From an uncultured Clostridium sp. (GTDB taxonomy: Bacteria; Bacillota; Clostridia; TANB77; CAG-508): 64,000 nt of DNA. Positions 10,156 to 20,199 of the stretch are shown here, in pieces (the first letter of the stretch is position 1; each line of letters starts with the position of its first letter). The DNA is taken from assembly GCA_947368535.1 (NCBI GenBank), contig CANBHY010000004.1, positions 90,242 through 154,241 on the forward strand, read 5' to 3'. The notes under the pieces are model-generated. The model searched no databases. It saw nothing but the letters and a program-made list of their open reading frames with translations, and was not told where the DNA came from. The translations under genes and the position numbers were made by a program.

Positions 10156-11043
10156 TTATAATATAATTACTTCTAATTCTAAATCTTCATTAAATTTTTC
10201 TTTTATTGTTTTTTGTGTATGTTTTATAAGTTTTATTATGTCTTTTGAAGTTGCATTTCCAGTATTTACTATGAATCCAGCATGTTTTTCTGAAATTTGT
10301 GCGCCTCCAATTTTGTATCCTTTTAATCCTGCTTTATCAATTAAAGCTGCTGGTATACAATTTTCTTTTCTTTTAAATATACTGCCTGCGTTTGGCAATT
10401 CTAGTGGTTGCTTTTCTTTTCTTGCCTCTGTCATTTGACTCATCTTTTCTTTTATTTCTTTGATATTTCCTTCTTCTATTTTAAAAGTGCTTCCTAGTAT
10501 TGTCCATTTTTTATCAAAGAATATACTTTTTCTATAAGAAAAGTTGTGCGCATTATTTTCAATTTTTACAATATTATATTTTTCATCTAAATATGTAGTG
10601 TTTACAAGAACATCTTTGATTTCTGAGTTATATGCACCTGCATTCATTTTTACAGCTCCGCCTACTGTTCCTGGTATTCCTGACAAAAATTCATATCCTT
10701 TTATTTTGTTTCTATAAGCAAAATTTGATAATAATGCTACTGGTATTCCTGCTCCTGCTGCTATTTTTCCTTTTTCTATGTTTAGATGTTTAAAATTTGG
10801 TTTTATTATTATTCCTCTAAAACCTTCATCTTTTACAATTATATTTGTTCCATTTCCTAATATATATGTTTTCATTTTTATGCTTTTTGCTAATTTCAAA
10901 ATATAAATTAACTGAGGTACATCATCCACTTCTATAAAAAAGTCTGCTGTTCCTCCAACTTTAAATGATATATGTTTGCTCATATTTTCATTAACATGTA
11001 TATTTTTTTCAGGAATTCCTTTAGCTATTTCTTCGTAAATCAT
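10156..11043 (-). CDS. murB: UDP-N-acetylenolpyruvoylglucosamine reductase (MurB).
   Basis: 295 aa. FAD-binding domain motif ISFKVGGTADFF, plus the conserved C-terminal domain. Confidence 0.9.
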   Translation of the reverse strand: MIYEEIAKGIPEKNIHVNENMSKHISFKVGGTADFFIEVDDVPQLIYILKLAKSIKMKTYILGNGTNIIVKDEGFRGIIIKPNFKHLNIEKGKIAAGAGIPVALLSNFAYRNKIKGYEFLSGIPGTVGGAVKMNAGAYNSEIKDVLVNTTYLDEKYNIVKIENNAHNFSYRKSIFFDKKWTILGSTFKIEEGNIKEIKEKMSQMTEARKEKQPLELPNAGSIFKRKENCIPAALIDKAGLKGYKIGGAQISEKHAGFIVNTGNATSKDIIKLIKHTQKTIKEKFNEDLELEVIIL

Positions 11044-11052
11044 ATATGCCTC

Positions 11053-11508
11053 CTACTTAATGTAAAGTTCATGCTTGTTTTCTTTTGTTCTTTTTTTGGT
11101 TAAGTTAAAACATTCTCCTGTTTTATAATTTACTATATATTCATCTGTTTCCTCTTTTATGCCTAGCTCTTCTAAATCCTTTTTTGTTAGTTTGTAATAG
11201 CGATCCTCTATACCTGTGCTTGAAGTTTGTTGCCATTTGTTGTCTGTTAAAGCTCTTTTTTCATCTTCTGTTGCTAGTTTTCCCACAATAAGAGTTCTGT
11301 CTTCTGTCATTTTATATTCTTCGTACTGCTGATATACAGCGTGTTTTACAACTTCCAAATTTGCAAGTAACTTTTTTTCTTCACTATATTCTTTTCCTGC
11401 TATTGAATACTGTACTACTATTGATGCTATAATGCCTAAAACTATTACAGTAATTACTAAAATTAACATTGTTATACCTGATTCACTTTTCATCTTTCGC
11501 ATATACAT
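11053..11508 (-). CDS. Small secreted or membrane protein with a prepilin-like N-terminus (pseudopilin-like, no Glu at position +5).
   Basis: N-terminus KMKSESGITMLILVITVIVLGIIASI resembles the class III signal G-F-T-L-I-E. It also shares this motif with the vWA protein at 52568-53503. Confidence 0.45.
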   Translation of the reverse strand: MYMRKMKSESGITMLILVITVIVLGIIASIVVQYSIAGKEYSEEKKLLANLEVVKHAVYQQYEEYKMTEDRTLIVGKLATEDEKRALTDNKWQQTSSTGIEDRYYKLTKKDLEELGIKEETDEYIVNYKTGECFNLTKKRTKENKHELYIK

Positions 11509-11571
11509 TTCTCCTTTTAAAAAGTTGTGTTTATCATATCATTATTTATTATTTTTTACAAGAAAATACAG

Positions 11572-11608
11572 TAAAAAAATGAAGGTTTAAACCTTCATTT
11601 TCTATTTT
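11572..11608. terminator. Rho-independent terminator with T-runs on both sides, ending the glycosyltransferase transcript.
   Basis: Stem aaatgaaggtt / aaccttcattt around a 3-nt loop. Confidence 0.65.
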
Positions 11609-11638
11609 ATATAATATGTATTTTGTTTTGTAATATTG

Positions 11639-12862
11639 CTAAATATCGTTTATTTTTACATCTCTTTTATGTTCAATCTTTTCCCATTTTGTATTTGGCT
11701 TAATCATACATTTTACGTTTATTGCAAGCCATGTTACCATGAATATTGGATACATTAAAATTCCTTTAATCATTGGTTTTATTGGTCTCTTTTCTATAAT
11801 CATTGTAAATACTGCTGCAAATACTGGTGCAAAAAGTGTTGCTGCCATATATTTTGCATAATTAAATATAAGCATTGCTAAACTCATCTCTCCTCCAATA
11901 AATACGACTGTATTTAATACTAATAATAGTATGGTTACTACCATCATTGGAATTCCCATTAAATATAAAAATCCATCAAAGTTCATTAATGTTCTATACT
12001 CAGCAACTCCTTTGGCTAAATCTTTTGTATAATATTTCATACATTGTATATGTCCAACTGTCCATCTAGATCTTTGTGACCAACTTTGTTTAAATTCTGT
12101 AGGTTGTTCGTCATATACTATCGCATCTGTTGCCCATCCTAATTTTCTTCCTTTAGCAATATTTTTTAATGAAAATTCTATGTCTTCAGTTAATGTTATA
12201 GTATTCCAGCCAGTTGGCTTGATTAGGTTAAAATCTACCATAAATCCTGTTCCATTTATTAATGGTGATAGTCCTAGATTGTATCTAGCTAAATGATAAA
12301 ATCTATTCATCATCCAGTAGAATAATGCATATCCTGCTGAAATCCAACTATCTGATGGATTTTTTATATCTCTGTATCCTTGTACAATTTCTTCACCTTG
12401 ACATAATTTTTTATTCATTGCATTTAAAAAGTTTTTATCTACTACATTATCAGCATCGAATACACAAAAAGCGTCATAATCTGCATCTTCTTTAATTTTT
12501 TGGTTTAGAAACCATTGCATAGCAAAGCCTTTAGTTTTTTTAGTTTCGTCAAATCTTTCGTACACGATCGCCCCTAAATCTTTTGCAATTTGAGCTGTAT
12601 TGTCTGTACAATTGTCTGCTATTACATAAATATCGTATAGTTCTTTTGGATAATCTAGTGCTTGCAAACTTTCAATTAAGTTTCCAATTACTGCTGATTC
12701 ATTGTGTGCAGGTAATATCATCATAAACTTATGTTTTTTGTCTTTTATTAGTGGTTTCTCTTTAAATTGAATTAGTGCACAAGCACTTATAATTAATTGG
12801 TATAACCAATATATTACTATAATCCATCCTATTGCTTGTTGAAGTATATAAATATATTTCAT
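11639..12862 (-). CDS. Processive family-2 glycosyltransferase, membrane-embedded (cellulose/chitin/PNAG-synthase-like, carries the QxxRW motif).
   Basis: 407 aa. DxD-type motifs (DADNV), QRSRW motif, and C-terminal TM helices. Confidence 0.7.
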   Translation of the reverse strand: MKYIYILQQAIGWIIVIYWLYQLIISACALIQFKEKPLIKDKKHKFMMILPAHNESAVIGNLIESLQALDYPKELYDIYVIADNCTDNTAQIAKDLGAIVYERFDETKKTKGFAMQWFLNQKIKEDADYDAFCVFDADNVVDKNFLNAMNKKLCQGEEIVQGYRDIKNPSDSWISAGYALFYWMMNRFYHLARYNLGLSPLINGTGFMVDFNLIKPTGWNTITLTEDIEFSLKNIAKGRKLGWATDAIVYDEQPTEFKQSWSQRSRWTVGHIQCMKYYTKDLAKGVAEYRTLMNFDGFLYLMGIPMMVVTILLLVLNTVVFIGGEMSLAMLIFNYAKYMAATLFAPVFAAVFTMIIEKRPIKPMIKGILMYPIFMVTWLAINVKCMIKPNTKWEKIEHKRDVKINDI

Positions 12863-12879
12863 ATTATATTTCCTTCTTT

Positions 12880-15009
12880 CTATTCTTCTACTTTGCTTTC
12901 TTCCTCTTTTTCTTCATTAAATCTCATAGTTAGGTTTATTCTTCCTTGGTCATCTATTTCTGTTACTTTTACCATAACTTCTTGACCTATTTTTAGAAAG
13001 TCCTCAACATTTTCTACTCTTTCTTTTGTTATTTTTGATTTATGAACAAGCCCTTCTTTTCCTCCACCAACTGAAACGAAAGCTCCAAATGTCATGATTC
13101 TAGTTACTGTTCCTTTATATATTTGTCCTGCTTCAATTTCTCTTGCTATTTCTTCTATCATTTCTAATGCACGTGGTCCATTACTTCCTTCTGTAGAATA
13201 AATAAATACTGTTCCATCTTCTTCGATGTCTATCTTAACCCCTGTTTCATCAATAATTTTGTTTATCATTTTTCCACCAGGACCTATTACATCTTTTATT
13301 TTATCTACACTAATTTTTGTATTAATTATTTTTGGTGCATATTTTGAAATCTCTTTTCTTGGTTCTGAAATTACTGGTAACATAACATCTTCTAATATGT
13401 GTTTTCTAGCTACTCTCGTTCTTTCAAAAGCTTCTGCTATTATATCATATGATAGTCCATCAACTTTTATATCAACTTGTATAGCTGTAATACCTTTTTC
13501 TGTTCCACCTACTTTAAAATCCATATCTCCAAAGAAATCTTCGATTCCTTGAATATCTGTAAGCATTACATAATTTTTGTCATCATTAGGATCTGTTACT
13601 AATCCTGTTGAAATACCTGCAACTGGTCTTTTTATTGGAACACCTGCAGCCATTAATGCAAGTGTACTTCCACAAATACTTGCTTGTGATGTTGATCCAT
13701 TTGAAGATAATACTTCTGATACACATCTAATTGCATATGGAAATTCTTCTTTTGATGGTAATACTGGAACTAATGCTTTTTCTGCTAAAGCTCCATGTCC
13801 AACTTCTCTTCTTCCTGGTCCACGTGATGTTCTAGCTTCACCTACACTATATGGAGGGAAATTATATTGATGCATGTATCTTTTTGATTCTTCTTCGTCT
13901 ATACCATCTAACATTTGTTCTTCACTGATCATTCCTAATGTAGCTACTGTTAATACTTGTGTTTGACCTCTTGTAAACATTCCACTTCCGTGAACTCTAG
14001 GTAATAAATCTATTTCACAAGATAATGGTCTTATTTCGTCTAAAGCTCTTCCATCAACTCTCTTATGTTCGTCAAATATTAGGCTTCTTACTATTTTCTT
14101 TTCTAATTTGTATAAAACTTCTCCTATTTCTTGAGAGTGTTCTTCTACAAATTCTTCTCCGTATTTTTCTGTTAAGTATACTTTTACATCTTCTGCTAAA
14201 GCATCCATTCTATTGTCAATAACTGTTTTATCTTTATCTTGTACGTCTGTTTTCATTCTGTCAGCAAATTCTTTTGAAACCTCTTCAAATATTTCTTCAT
14301 TTACAGCAAATGATTTGTATTCAAATTTTGGTTTTCCTATTTCGTCTTTCATTTTTTGAATGAATTCGCACATTTTCTTTATTTCAACATGAGCTGTTTT
14401 GATTGCTTCTAACATAATGTCGTCTGGTACTTCGTTAGCTCCTGCTTCAATCATTGCAATTTTATCTATTGTTCCTGCAACTGTTAATGTTAAATCTGAT
14501 TTTTCTCTTTCTTCTACGGTTGGATTTATTATTATTTTTCCATCTACTAATCCTACATTAACCGCTGCTGTTGGTCCTCCAAATGGGATATCAGAAATTG
14601 ATAATGCTGCTGAAGCTCCTATCATAGCTGCAACTTCTGGTGAATTATCTTGTTCTACTGACATTACAGTAGCAACTACACATACATCATTTCTGAAGTC
14701 TTTTGGAAATAAAGGTCTTAATGGTCTATCAATTGCTCTTGATGTTAATATTGCTTTATCTCCTGGTTTTCCTTCTCTTTTTGTAAATCCTCCTGGAATT
14801 TTACCAACAGAATATAATTTCTCTTCAAAATCTACTGATAATGGAAAAAAGTCTATTCCTTCTTTTGGTTCTTTTGAAGCTACTACGTTTACTAATACTA
14901 CTGTTTCTCCATATCTTACTAGTACGCTTCCATTGGCTAGTCCTGCCATTTTTCCTGTTTCGAATGTAATTTTTCTTCCTGCTAATTCTGTTTCATAAGT
15001 TTTAAACAT
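12880..15009 (-). CDS. pnp: Polyribonucleotide nucleotidyltransferase (PNPase).
   Basis: 709 aa. Two RNase PH domains plus KH and S1 domains. Located downstream of rpsO. Confidence 0.95.
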   Translation of the reverse strand: MFKTYETELAGRKITFETGKMAGLANGSVLVRYGETVVLVNVVASKEPKEGIDFFPLSVDFEEKLYSVGKIPGGFTKREGKPGDKAILTSRAIDRPLRPLFPKDFRNDVCVVATVMSVEQDNSPEVAAMIGASAALSISDIPFGGPTAAVNVGLVDGKIIINPTVEEREKSDLTLTVAGTIDKIAMIEAGANEVPDDIMLEAIKTAHVEIKKMCEFIQKMKDEIGKPKFEYKSFAVNEEIFEEVSKEFADRMKTDVQDKDKTVIDNRMDALAEDVKVYLTEKYGEEFVEEHSQEIGEVLYKLEKKIVRSLIFDEHKRVDGRALDEIRPLSCEIDLLPRVHGSGMFTRGQTQVLTVATLGMISEEQMLDGIDEEESKRYMHQYNFPPYSVGEARTSRGPGRREVGHGALAEKALVPVLPSKEEFPYAIRCVSEVLSSNGSTSQASICGSTLALMAAGVPIKRPVAGISTGLVTDPNDDKNYVMLTDIQGIEDFFGDMDFKVGGTEKGITAIQVDIKVDGLSYDIIAEAFERTRVARKHILEDVMLPVISEPRKEISKYAPKIINTKISVDKIKDVIGPGGKMINKIIDETGVKIDIEEDGTVFIYSTEGSNGPRALEMIEEIAREIEAGQIYKGTVTRIMTFGAFVSVGGGKEGLVHKSKITKERVENVEDFLKIGQEVMVKVTEIDDQGRINLTMRFNEEKEEESKVEE

Positions 15010-15060
15010 GTTTTCCTCCTTGATATTATCCTCTAAGACATATAGAAATCAGATTAAAAG

Positions 15061-15096
15061 ATACTTTTAGGTAGTATCCTTTAATCTAACATCTAT
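15061..15096 (-). promoter_or_regulatory. Hairpin in the pnp 5' leader, a candidate autoregulatory or processing structure.
   Basis: Stem agattaaaagatact / agtatcctttaatct with one G-U pair, lying between the rpsO terminator and the pnp start. Confidence 0.3.
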
Positions 15097-15120
15097 CATC
15101 TTAGGGATATTTAAAATAAT

Positions 15121-15160
15121 ATAAAAAAGGCGTAGCTTTATAGCTACGCTGTTTTTTATT
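15121..15160. terminator. rpsO terminator, which also serves as the pnp leader attenuator. T-runs on both sides.
   Basis: 8-bp GC-containing stem gcgtagct / agctacgc followed by TTTTTT. Confidence 0.75.
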
Positions 15161-15428
15161 TTCTTAAAGATAACTTTTGAGCTATATCTCTGTATCTTTG
15201 AATGTCTTTTTTTGCTAAATAGTTAAGTAAGTTTCTTCTTTTACCTACCATTTTTAAAAGTCCTCTTCTTGAATGATTATCTTTTTGATGAACTTTTAAG
15301 TGTTCTGTTAGTTCAGCGATTCTTTCTGTTAAAAGAGCTATTTGAACTTCTGGTGAACCAGTATCGTTTTCTTCTCTTTTATAAGTGTTAATTATTTCTT
15401 GTTTTCTTTCTTTAGTCATAGCACTCAC
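15156..15428 (-). CDS. rpsO: 30S ribosomal protein S15.
   Basis: 90 aa, strong identity to S15. Confidence 0.95.
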   Translation of the reverse strand: MSAMTKERKQEIINTYKREENDTGSPEVQIALLTERIAELTEHLKVHQKDNHSRRGLLKMVGKRRNLLNYLAKKDIQRYRDIAQKLSLRK

Positions 15429-15562
15429 TACCTCCTTATTTTATTATTTGCCAGTTACTGAGTCATGAGTAGGTTTTTCTCAAAACTAAGTAATGGTAAT
15501 TTAAATGCAGTATTATTTTACTATACTTTACTTGTAATTGCAAGTATTATTGCAAATTTATT

Positions 15563-16807
15563 CTATCTTATCTGTCCGTTTCCATAGATTACATATTTAG
15601 TTGTGGTTAGTTCTTTTAATCCCATTGGTCCTCTTGCATGCAATTTTTGTGTACTTATTCCAATTTCTGCTCCTAATCCAAATTCACCACCATCTGTAAA
15701 TCTAGTCGAACTGTTTACATATACACAGCTACTATCGATTTCATTTAAAAATTTCTTAGCATTTTGATAGTTTTGTGTAATAATGCTTTCTGAATGTTTT
15801 GTACTATATGTATTAATATGCTTTATTGCTTCATTTATATCTTTTACTACTTTTACTGATATGATTAAATCTAAATATTCTGTTTTCCAGTCTTCTTCTG
15901 TCGCTACTAAAATTTTATTAGATATTTTACAACTTTCTTCATCTCCTCTTATCTCCACATTTTTTTGTTCTAATTTTTGTACTAATAATGGAATAAAGTC
16001 TTTAGCAATTTCTTGGTGTATAACTAATGATTCGCAAGCATTACATACTCCTGTTCTTTGTGTTTTTGCATTTTCTATAATAGATAATGCCATTGCAAAG
16101 TCTGCTGTTTTATCTACATATATATGACAATTTCCAGTACCAGTTTCTATAACTGGTATTGTACTATTTTCTACTACTGTTTTTATTAGGTTTGCTCCTC
16201 CTCTTGGAATTAATACATCTATATATTGATTTAACTTCATTAGTTTTAAAGCGCTTTCTCTAGATGTGTCTTCAATTAGGTGTATGCATTCTGAAGAAAT
16301 TTTTAATTTTGTTAATGTTTCTTTTATAATTTTTACAATTTCTATATTTGTGTTTATTGCATCGCTTCCGCCTCTTAAAATTACTGCATTTCCTGTTTTA
16401 AAGCATAATCCAAACGCATCTATTGTTACATTAGGTCTTGCTTCATATATTATTGCAATTACTCCTAGTGGTACTCTTTTTTTGATAATTTCTAATCCAT
16501 TGTCTAATACTTTTCCTTCTAAAATTTCACCTACTGGATCTTCTAAATTTGCTATTTTCTTTAAGCTGTTTGCTATTTCTTTTATTCTTTTTTCATTAAG
16601 TTTTAGTCTATCTATTAAACTTTCCTTCATTTTTTTATTAACTGCATTTTCTATGTCTCTATCGTTTGCTTTTATTATTGTATCTTTTGCTTTTATTATA
16701 TCTTGTGCTACTTGAATTAATACTTCTTTCTTTTTTAAATTGTTCATTATGCTTATTGTGCTAGTTGTTTCTTTTACTTTTTCACATATTTTTTCTAAAT
16801 CTTCCAT
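15563..16807 (-). CDS. proA: Gamma-glutamyl phosphate reductase (ProA). Start set at the ATG with an AGGAGG RBS at 16807, not the longer track ORF.
   Basis: Aldehyde dehydrogenase fold with catalytic Cys region [11 protein letters not shown]. The track ORF extension would overlap proB. Confidence 0.9.
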   Translation of the reverse strand: MEDLEKICEKVKETTSTISIMNNLKKKEVLIQVAQDIIKAKDTIIKANDRDIENAVNKKMKESLIDRLKLNEKRIKEIANSLKKIANLEDPVGEILEGKVLDNGLEIIKKRVPLGVIAIIYEARPNVTIDAFGLCFKTGNAVILRGGSDAINTNIEIVKIIKETLTKLKISSECIHLIEDTSRESALKLMKLNQYIDVLIPRGGANLIKTVVENSTIPVIETGTGNCHIYVDKTADFAMALSIIENAKTQRTGVCNACESLVIHQEIAKDFIPLLVQKLEQKNVEIRGDEESCKISNKILVATEEDWKTEYLDLIISVKVVKDINEAIKHINTYSTKHSESIITQNYQNAKKFLNEIDSSCVYVNSSTRFTDGGEFGLGAEIGISTQKLHARGPMGLKELTTTKYVIYGNGQIR

Positions 16808-16823
16808 TGCCTTTTCCTCCTTT

Positions 16824-17693
16824 TTAATTATTAATTTTTGATAATAAATATTTTCTAATATTTTCTTCTTTATTTTCCTTTTTTCCCACAAATAATGTTC
16901 CTCGTTTTTCTCCCTTCATAATTTTATTTATGGTATTAGGCTCTTTTCCGTTACATATTATCATGTCAATTCCCAGTGGATTTACAATGTTTGATGCTAA
17001 CACTTTAGTATACATTCCTCCTGTTCCTACATCGCTGTCACTTGAGGTTTTTGCCATTTTACAAATTTCATTTCTTTTTTCTGTTACTATATCTATTAAT
17101 TTTGCATCTTTATTTTGAAATGGATCATCTGTATATAGACCATCTGTATCTGTTAATAGTATTAATAAGTCTGATTTTGTGATTGCTGTTACTATTGCTG
17201 ATAATTTATCATTTTCACCAAACTCTATTTCATCTGTTGCTATTGCGTCATTTTCATTTACTATTGGTATACTTCCGTATTTTAAAAGTTCTTCAAAAGT
17301 ATTTTTTAAATTCTTATATGATTTTTCTTTATCTAAACTGTATTTCGTCATTAATACTTGTGATGCCGTTAAGTCATATTCTGCAAATAGTTTATAATAA
17401 TTCATTATTAACTTTCCTTGGCCTATTGCCGCACACGCTTGCTTTTCTGACATCGTTTTAGGTCTTTTTCCTATTTTTAAGGTTTCTCTTCCTACAGCCA
17501 CGGCTCCAGAAGATACTAAAATAACATCTTTGCCATTGTTTTTTAAATCACTTATTGTTCTTACTAATTTTTCTAATTTTGAATAGTTTAAATTTCCAGT
17601 ATTTTTATGTGTTAGTGTAGATGATCCCACTTTTATTACTATTTTTTGTTTGTCTTTTATTTTCTCCCAATATTTTTTATTTATTTCATTCAT
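16824..17693 (-). CDS. proB: Glutamate 5-kinase (ProB), short form without a PUA domain.
   Basis: 289 aa. N-terminal kinase motifs IVIKVGSS and [11 protein letters not shown]. Confidence 0.9.
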   Translation of the reverse strand: MNEINKKYWEKIKDKQKIVIKVGSSTLTHKNTGNLNYSKLEKLVRTISDLKNNGKDVILVSSGAVAVGRETLKIGKRPKTMSEKQACAAIGQGKLIMNYYKLFAEYDLTASQVLMTKYSLDKEKSYKNLKNTFEELLKYGSIPIVNENDAIATDEIEFGENDKLSAIVTAITKSDLLILLTDTDGLYTDDPFQNKDAKLIDIVTEKRNEICKMAKTSSDSDVGTGGMYTKVLASNIVNPLGIDMIICNGKEPNTINKIMKGEKRGTLFVGKKENKEENIRKYLLSKINN

Positions 17694-17720
17694 TTTAATT
17701 TTCTCCTTTTAATTATTGTA

Positions 17721-17758
17721 AAAAATAGGGAATCAGTTTTATCTCTGATTCCCTATCT
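17721..17758 (-). terminator. Rho-independent terminator after proC, probably a partial terminator inside the proCBA cluster.
   Basis: Stem agggaatcag / ctgattccct, followed by TTTTTT on the minus strand. Confidence 0.65.
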
Positions 17759-17772
17759 TTGATTTTCTATTT

Positions 17773-18580
17773 TTATTTTGATAAATCTTTTGACTTATCA
17801 CTGGCTGCTTTGATTGCTTTAATCATACTATCTCGTATTCCGGTTCTCTTCTAAGATTGAAACTCCCGCTATTGTTGTTCCTCCTGGTGAGCATACCATG
17901 TCTTTTAGTTCTGCTGGATGTTTTCCTGTTTCTAAAACCATTTTAGCAGAACCTAAAACAGCTTGTGCTGCAAAAGTATATGCTTTTTCTCTTGGCATTC
18001 CTTCTAATACTGCACCATCTGCCATTGCTTCAATTATCATGAATATAAAAGCTGGTGATGAGCCACTTACTGCTGTTACAACATCCATTAAGTTTTCTGG
18101 AACTATTTCGCACTTTCCAAAGCTATTAAAAATATTACAAATCAAATCTAGTTCATCAGTTGGCACCATGGGGCATGGGCTTATTGCCGCCATACATTCT
18201 CCAACTAATGCTGGTGTATTTGGCATCACTCTAACTATTTTGATTTTTTTATTAAATAGCTTTTCTATTTTTTCTATTTTTTGACCTGCTGCTATACTAA
18301 CAATTATAACGTCTTTTTTTACGTCTTCTTTTATTTCTTCTATGACTTCTGGATAATATTGTGGTTTTACAGCTAGAATTAGGATGTCAGATTCTTTTGC
18401 TACTTCGTGATTATTTGTTGTTATATTAATTTTATATTTTTCTGATAATTCTTGTAATTTAGCTTTTGTTGGGTTTGATGCCATGATTTTATTAGGTGAA
18501 ACTAATTTTGAATTTACAATTCCACCAATCATTGCTGTTGCCATATTTCCGCTTCCAATAAAACCAATTATTTTATCCAT
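17773..18580 (-). CDS. proC: Pyrroline-5-carboxylate reductase (ProC). The 3' end needs a +1 frame correction. The uncorrected ORF is 17828-18580.
   Basis: NADP-binding motif GFIGSGNMATAMIGG. The conserved C-terminus MIKAIKAASDKSKDLSK is found in the +1 frame after a premature stop. Confidence 0.85.
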
Positions 18581-18640
18581 CTATTCTCTCCTTTTAAAAT
18601 ATTGCTTAATATTATATACTAGTTTCCATAAAAATGCAAA

Positions 18641-18676
18641 TTAAAACCTCTTATATAATTCATAAGAGGTTTTAAT
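18641..18676 (-). terminator. Rho-independent terminator after the 318-aa hypothetical gene.
   Basis: Stem aaacctcttat / ataagaggttt followed by a T-run. Confidence 0.6.
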
Positions 18677-18677
18677 T

Positions 18678-19634
18678 TTATTGTGCTATTGTTTCTTCTT
18701 TGCTTTCTACTTTATATTTATTATGATGTTTCTGAGCTAAAGCTCTTTCTAATTTCTTTTTTGCTTCTTCTGATAATCCAGGTGTATATTCTAAACAATA
18801 ACATATATATTTTGCACTACCATTTTGAATTACTCTGTCTATTATTGGTGTTTTATCTTTCATATCTACTGATACTGCAAATTCATACAAACATATTGTT
18901 TCATCTTTTGCTACTTCTAACTCTGCCTCTGCTAATAATTCTATCGCTTGTTTTAGTGCTTCTACATTTAATCCTTGTGGATGATGTTCAATTATGTATT
19001 GTAAATAGTTTGCTAATTCATTTATGCTATATGCTTTTTTTCTTCTTTCTTCTTCACTTTCTTCTGGCATACTCATTACATTTTTTATTAAACTTTGTAT
19101 GTCTTTATTATTTTCTGGTTTAACCGCTTCTAAGCTTTTTGGAAAATAATAATAGTTTTCTGCCTCTTTTAAATGTTTTTCGTATTCAGGTCTTTCGTTT
19201 ACTTTCAAAGATTCATATTCTTCATCTGTAGATAGTTGTTTTATGTATTTTGCATTTTTTGTATCATATAAAGCTTGTAACATTCCTTCAGTATCTGCTC
19301 CTTTTATATAAACTAGCGAATACATCATAAGTTTTGCATTTCCGCTTTCTTTAATGGCTTCTTCAAATCTTTTTAAATCAAAATCTTTTACTCCCATATC
19401 TGTTAATAAATACATAAATTCATACGAGTGTACTATGTCTCCAATTTCAAGCATTTCATCTTCAAATAATTTTAAATATTCTTTCTTGTGTACTTTACTA
19501 ACATTCTCTACAAAATCGCATATATAATATGGATTTTTTGTATCTAAAATTTTCCTTACAGTTTCTCTTAAGATATTTTCATCATTTGTATTGTTGCATA
19601 ATCCTATCGCTTGTAATACTTCAATTGGTTTCAT
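18678..19634 (-). CDS. Hypothetical cytoplasmic helical protein (318 aa).
   Basis: No TM segment and no recognisable family. 1-nt gap to the downstream membrane gene. Confidence 0.5.
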   Translation of the reverse strand: MKPIEVLQAIGLCNNTNDENILRETVRKILDTKNPYYICDFVENVSKVHKKEYLKLFEDEMLEIGDIVHSYEFMYLLTDMGVKDFDLKRFEEAIKESGNAKLMMYSLVYIKGADTEGMLQALYDTKNAKYIKQLSTDEEYESLKVNERPEYEKHLKEAENYYYFPKSLEAVKPENNKDIQSLIKNVMSMPEESEEERRKKAYSINELANYLQYIIEHHPQGLNVEALKQAIELLAEAELEVAKDETICLYEFAVSVDMKDKTPIIDRVIQNGSAKYICYCLEYTPGLSEEAKKKLERALAQKHHNKYKVESKEETIAQ

Positions 19635-19635
19635 T

Positions 19636-20187
19636 TTATTTTTCCTTTCTTTTTATATTTTTCTTTTCTATTATGTAACCAGATATAGAACATATTAGAA
19701 GTATTCCTTCTAGTATGATACCAAATATTGATTTAACATAGCTATTGTATATTACCCATAATATACCTACTGGGATTCCTAATAATTTATAAATTTTTGT
19801 ATCTTTTTGACATACTGAGTATGTATACACCATTGTTGCAAAAATTGATACTAAGCTTAATATTCCCTCAAATGTAAATATTGCTGATATAACACATGCT
19901 ATATAAAATGTTATAAGAACAATTATATCAATCTTTCCCATTTTATCTTTTTTACCATTTTTATTTTCGTCAATTATAAAAACAATATTTCTTATAACTG
20001 CTATAATGCACATAACCATACCACTCCAAGCATGAAGTAATAAATATGCTATTCCATTTGCAATTATTGATAAAAAACTTACAATTAAAATTGTTTTTCT
20101 ATCTTTTAAATAGTAAGTCAAGCTCATAAGAGCATACATAATAATAGTAAATATTTGTGAAACAATGTATGTAACTGTTAATTCCAT
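19636..20187 (-). CDS. Polytopic membrane protein (183 aa, YgjV-like).
   Basis: About 5 TM helices. Low confidence on the family. Confidence 0.4.
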   Translation of the reverse strand: MELTVTYIVSQIFTIIMYALMSLTYYLKDRKTILIVSFLSIIANGIAYLLLHAWSGMVMCIIAVIRNIVFIIDENKNGKKDKMGKIDIIVLITFYIACVISAIFTFEGILSLVSIFATMVYTYSVCQKDTKIYKLLGIPVGILWVIYNSYVKSIFGIILEGILLICSISGYIIEKKNIKRKEK

Positions 20188-20199
20188 TTTAATTCTCCT

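Noticed and set aside
9674-10438. 254-aa plus-strand ORF antisense to the yvcK-like gene and murB, and similar long plus-strand ORFs elsewhere (for example 14399-14998, 16266-16715, 31173-31805, 60108-60578).
   Set aside because: These are shadow ORFs inside well-supported minus-strand genes. Their low-complexity F/L/I/S-rich translations are what AT-rich antisense frames typically produce. None has an RBS or recognisable motifs.
16808-16891. Extended start of the proA ORF, overlapping proB by 68 nt.
   Set aside because: An internal ATG at 16807 has a perfect AGGAGG RBS and gives a canonical ProA N-terminus. The extension is K-rich read-through of the proB 3' region.
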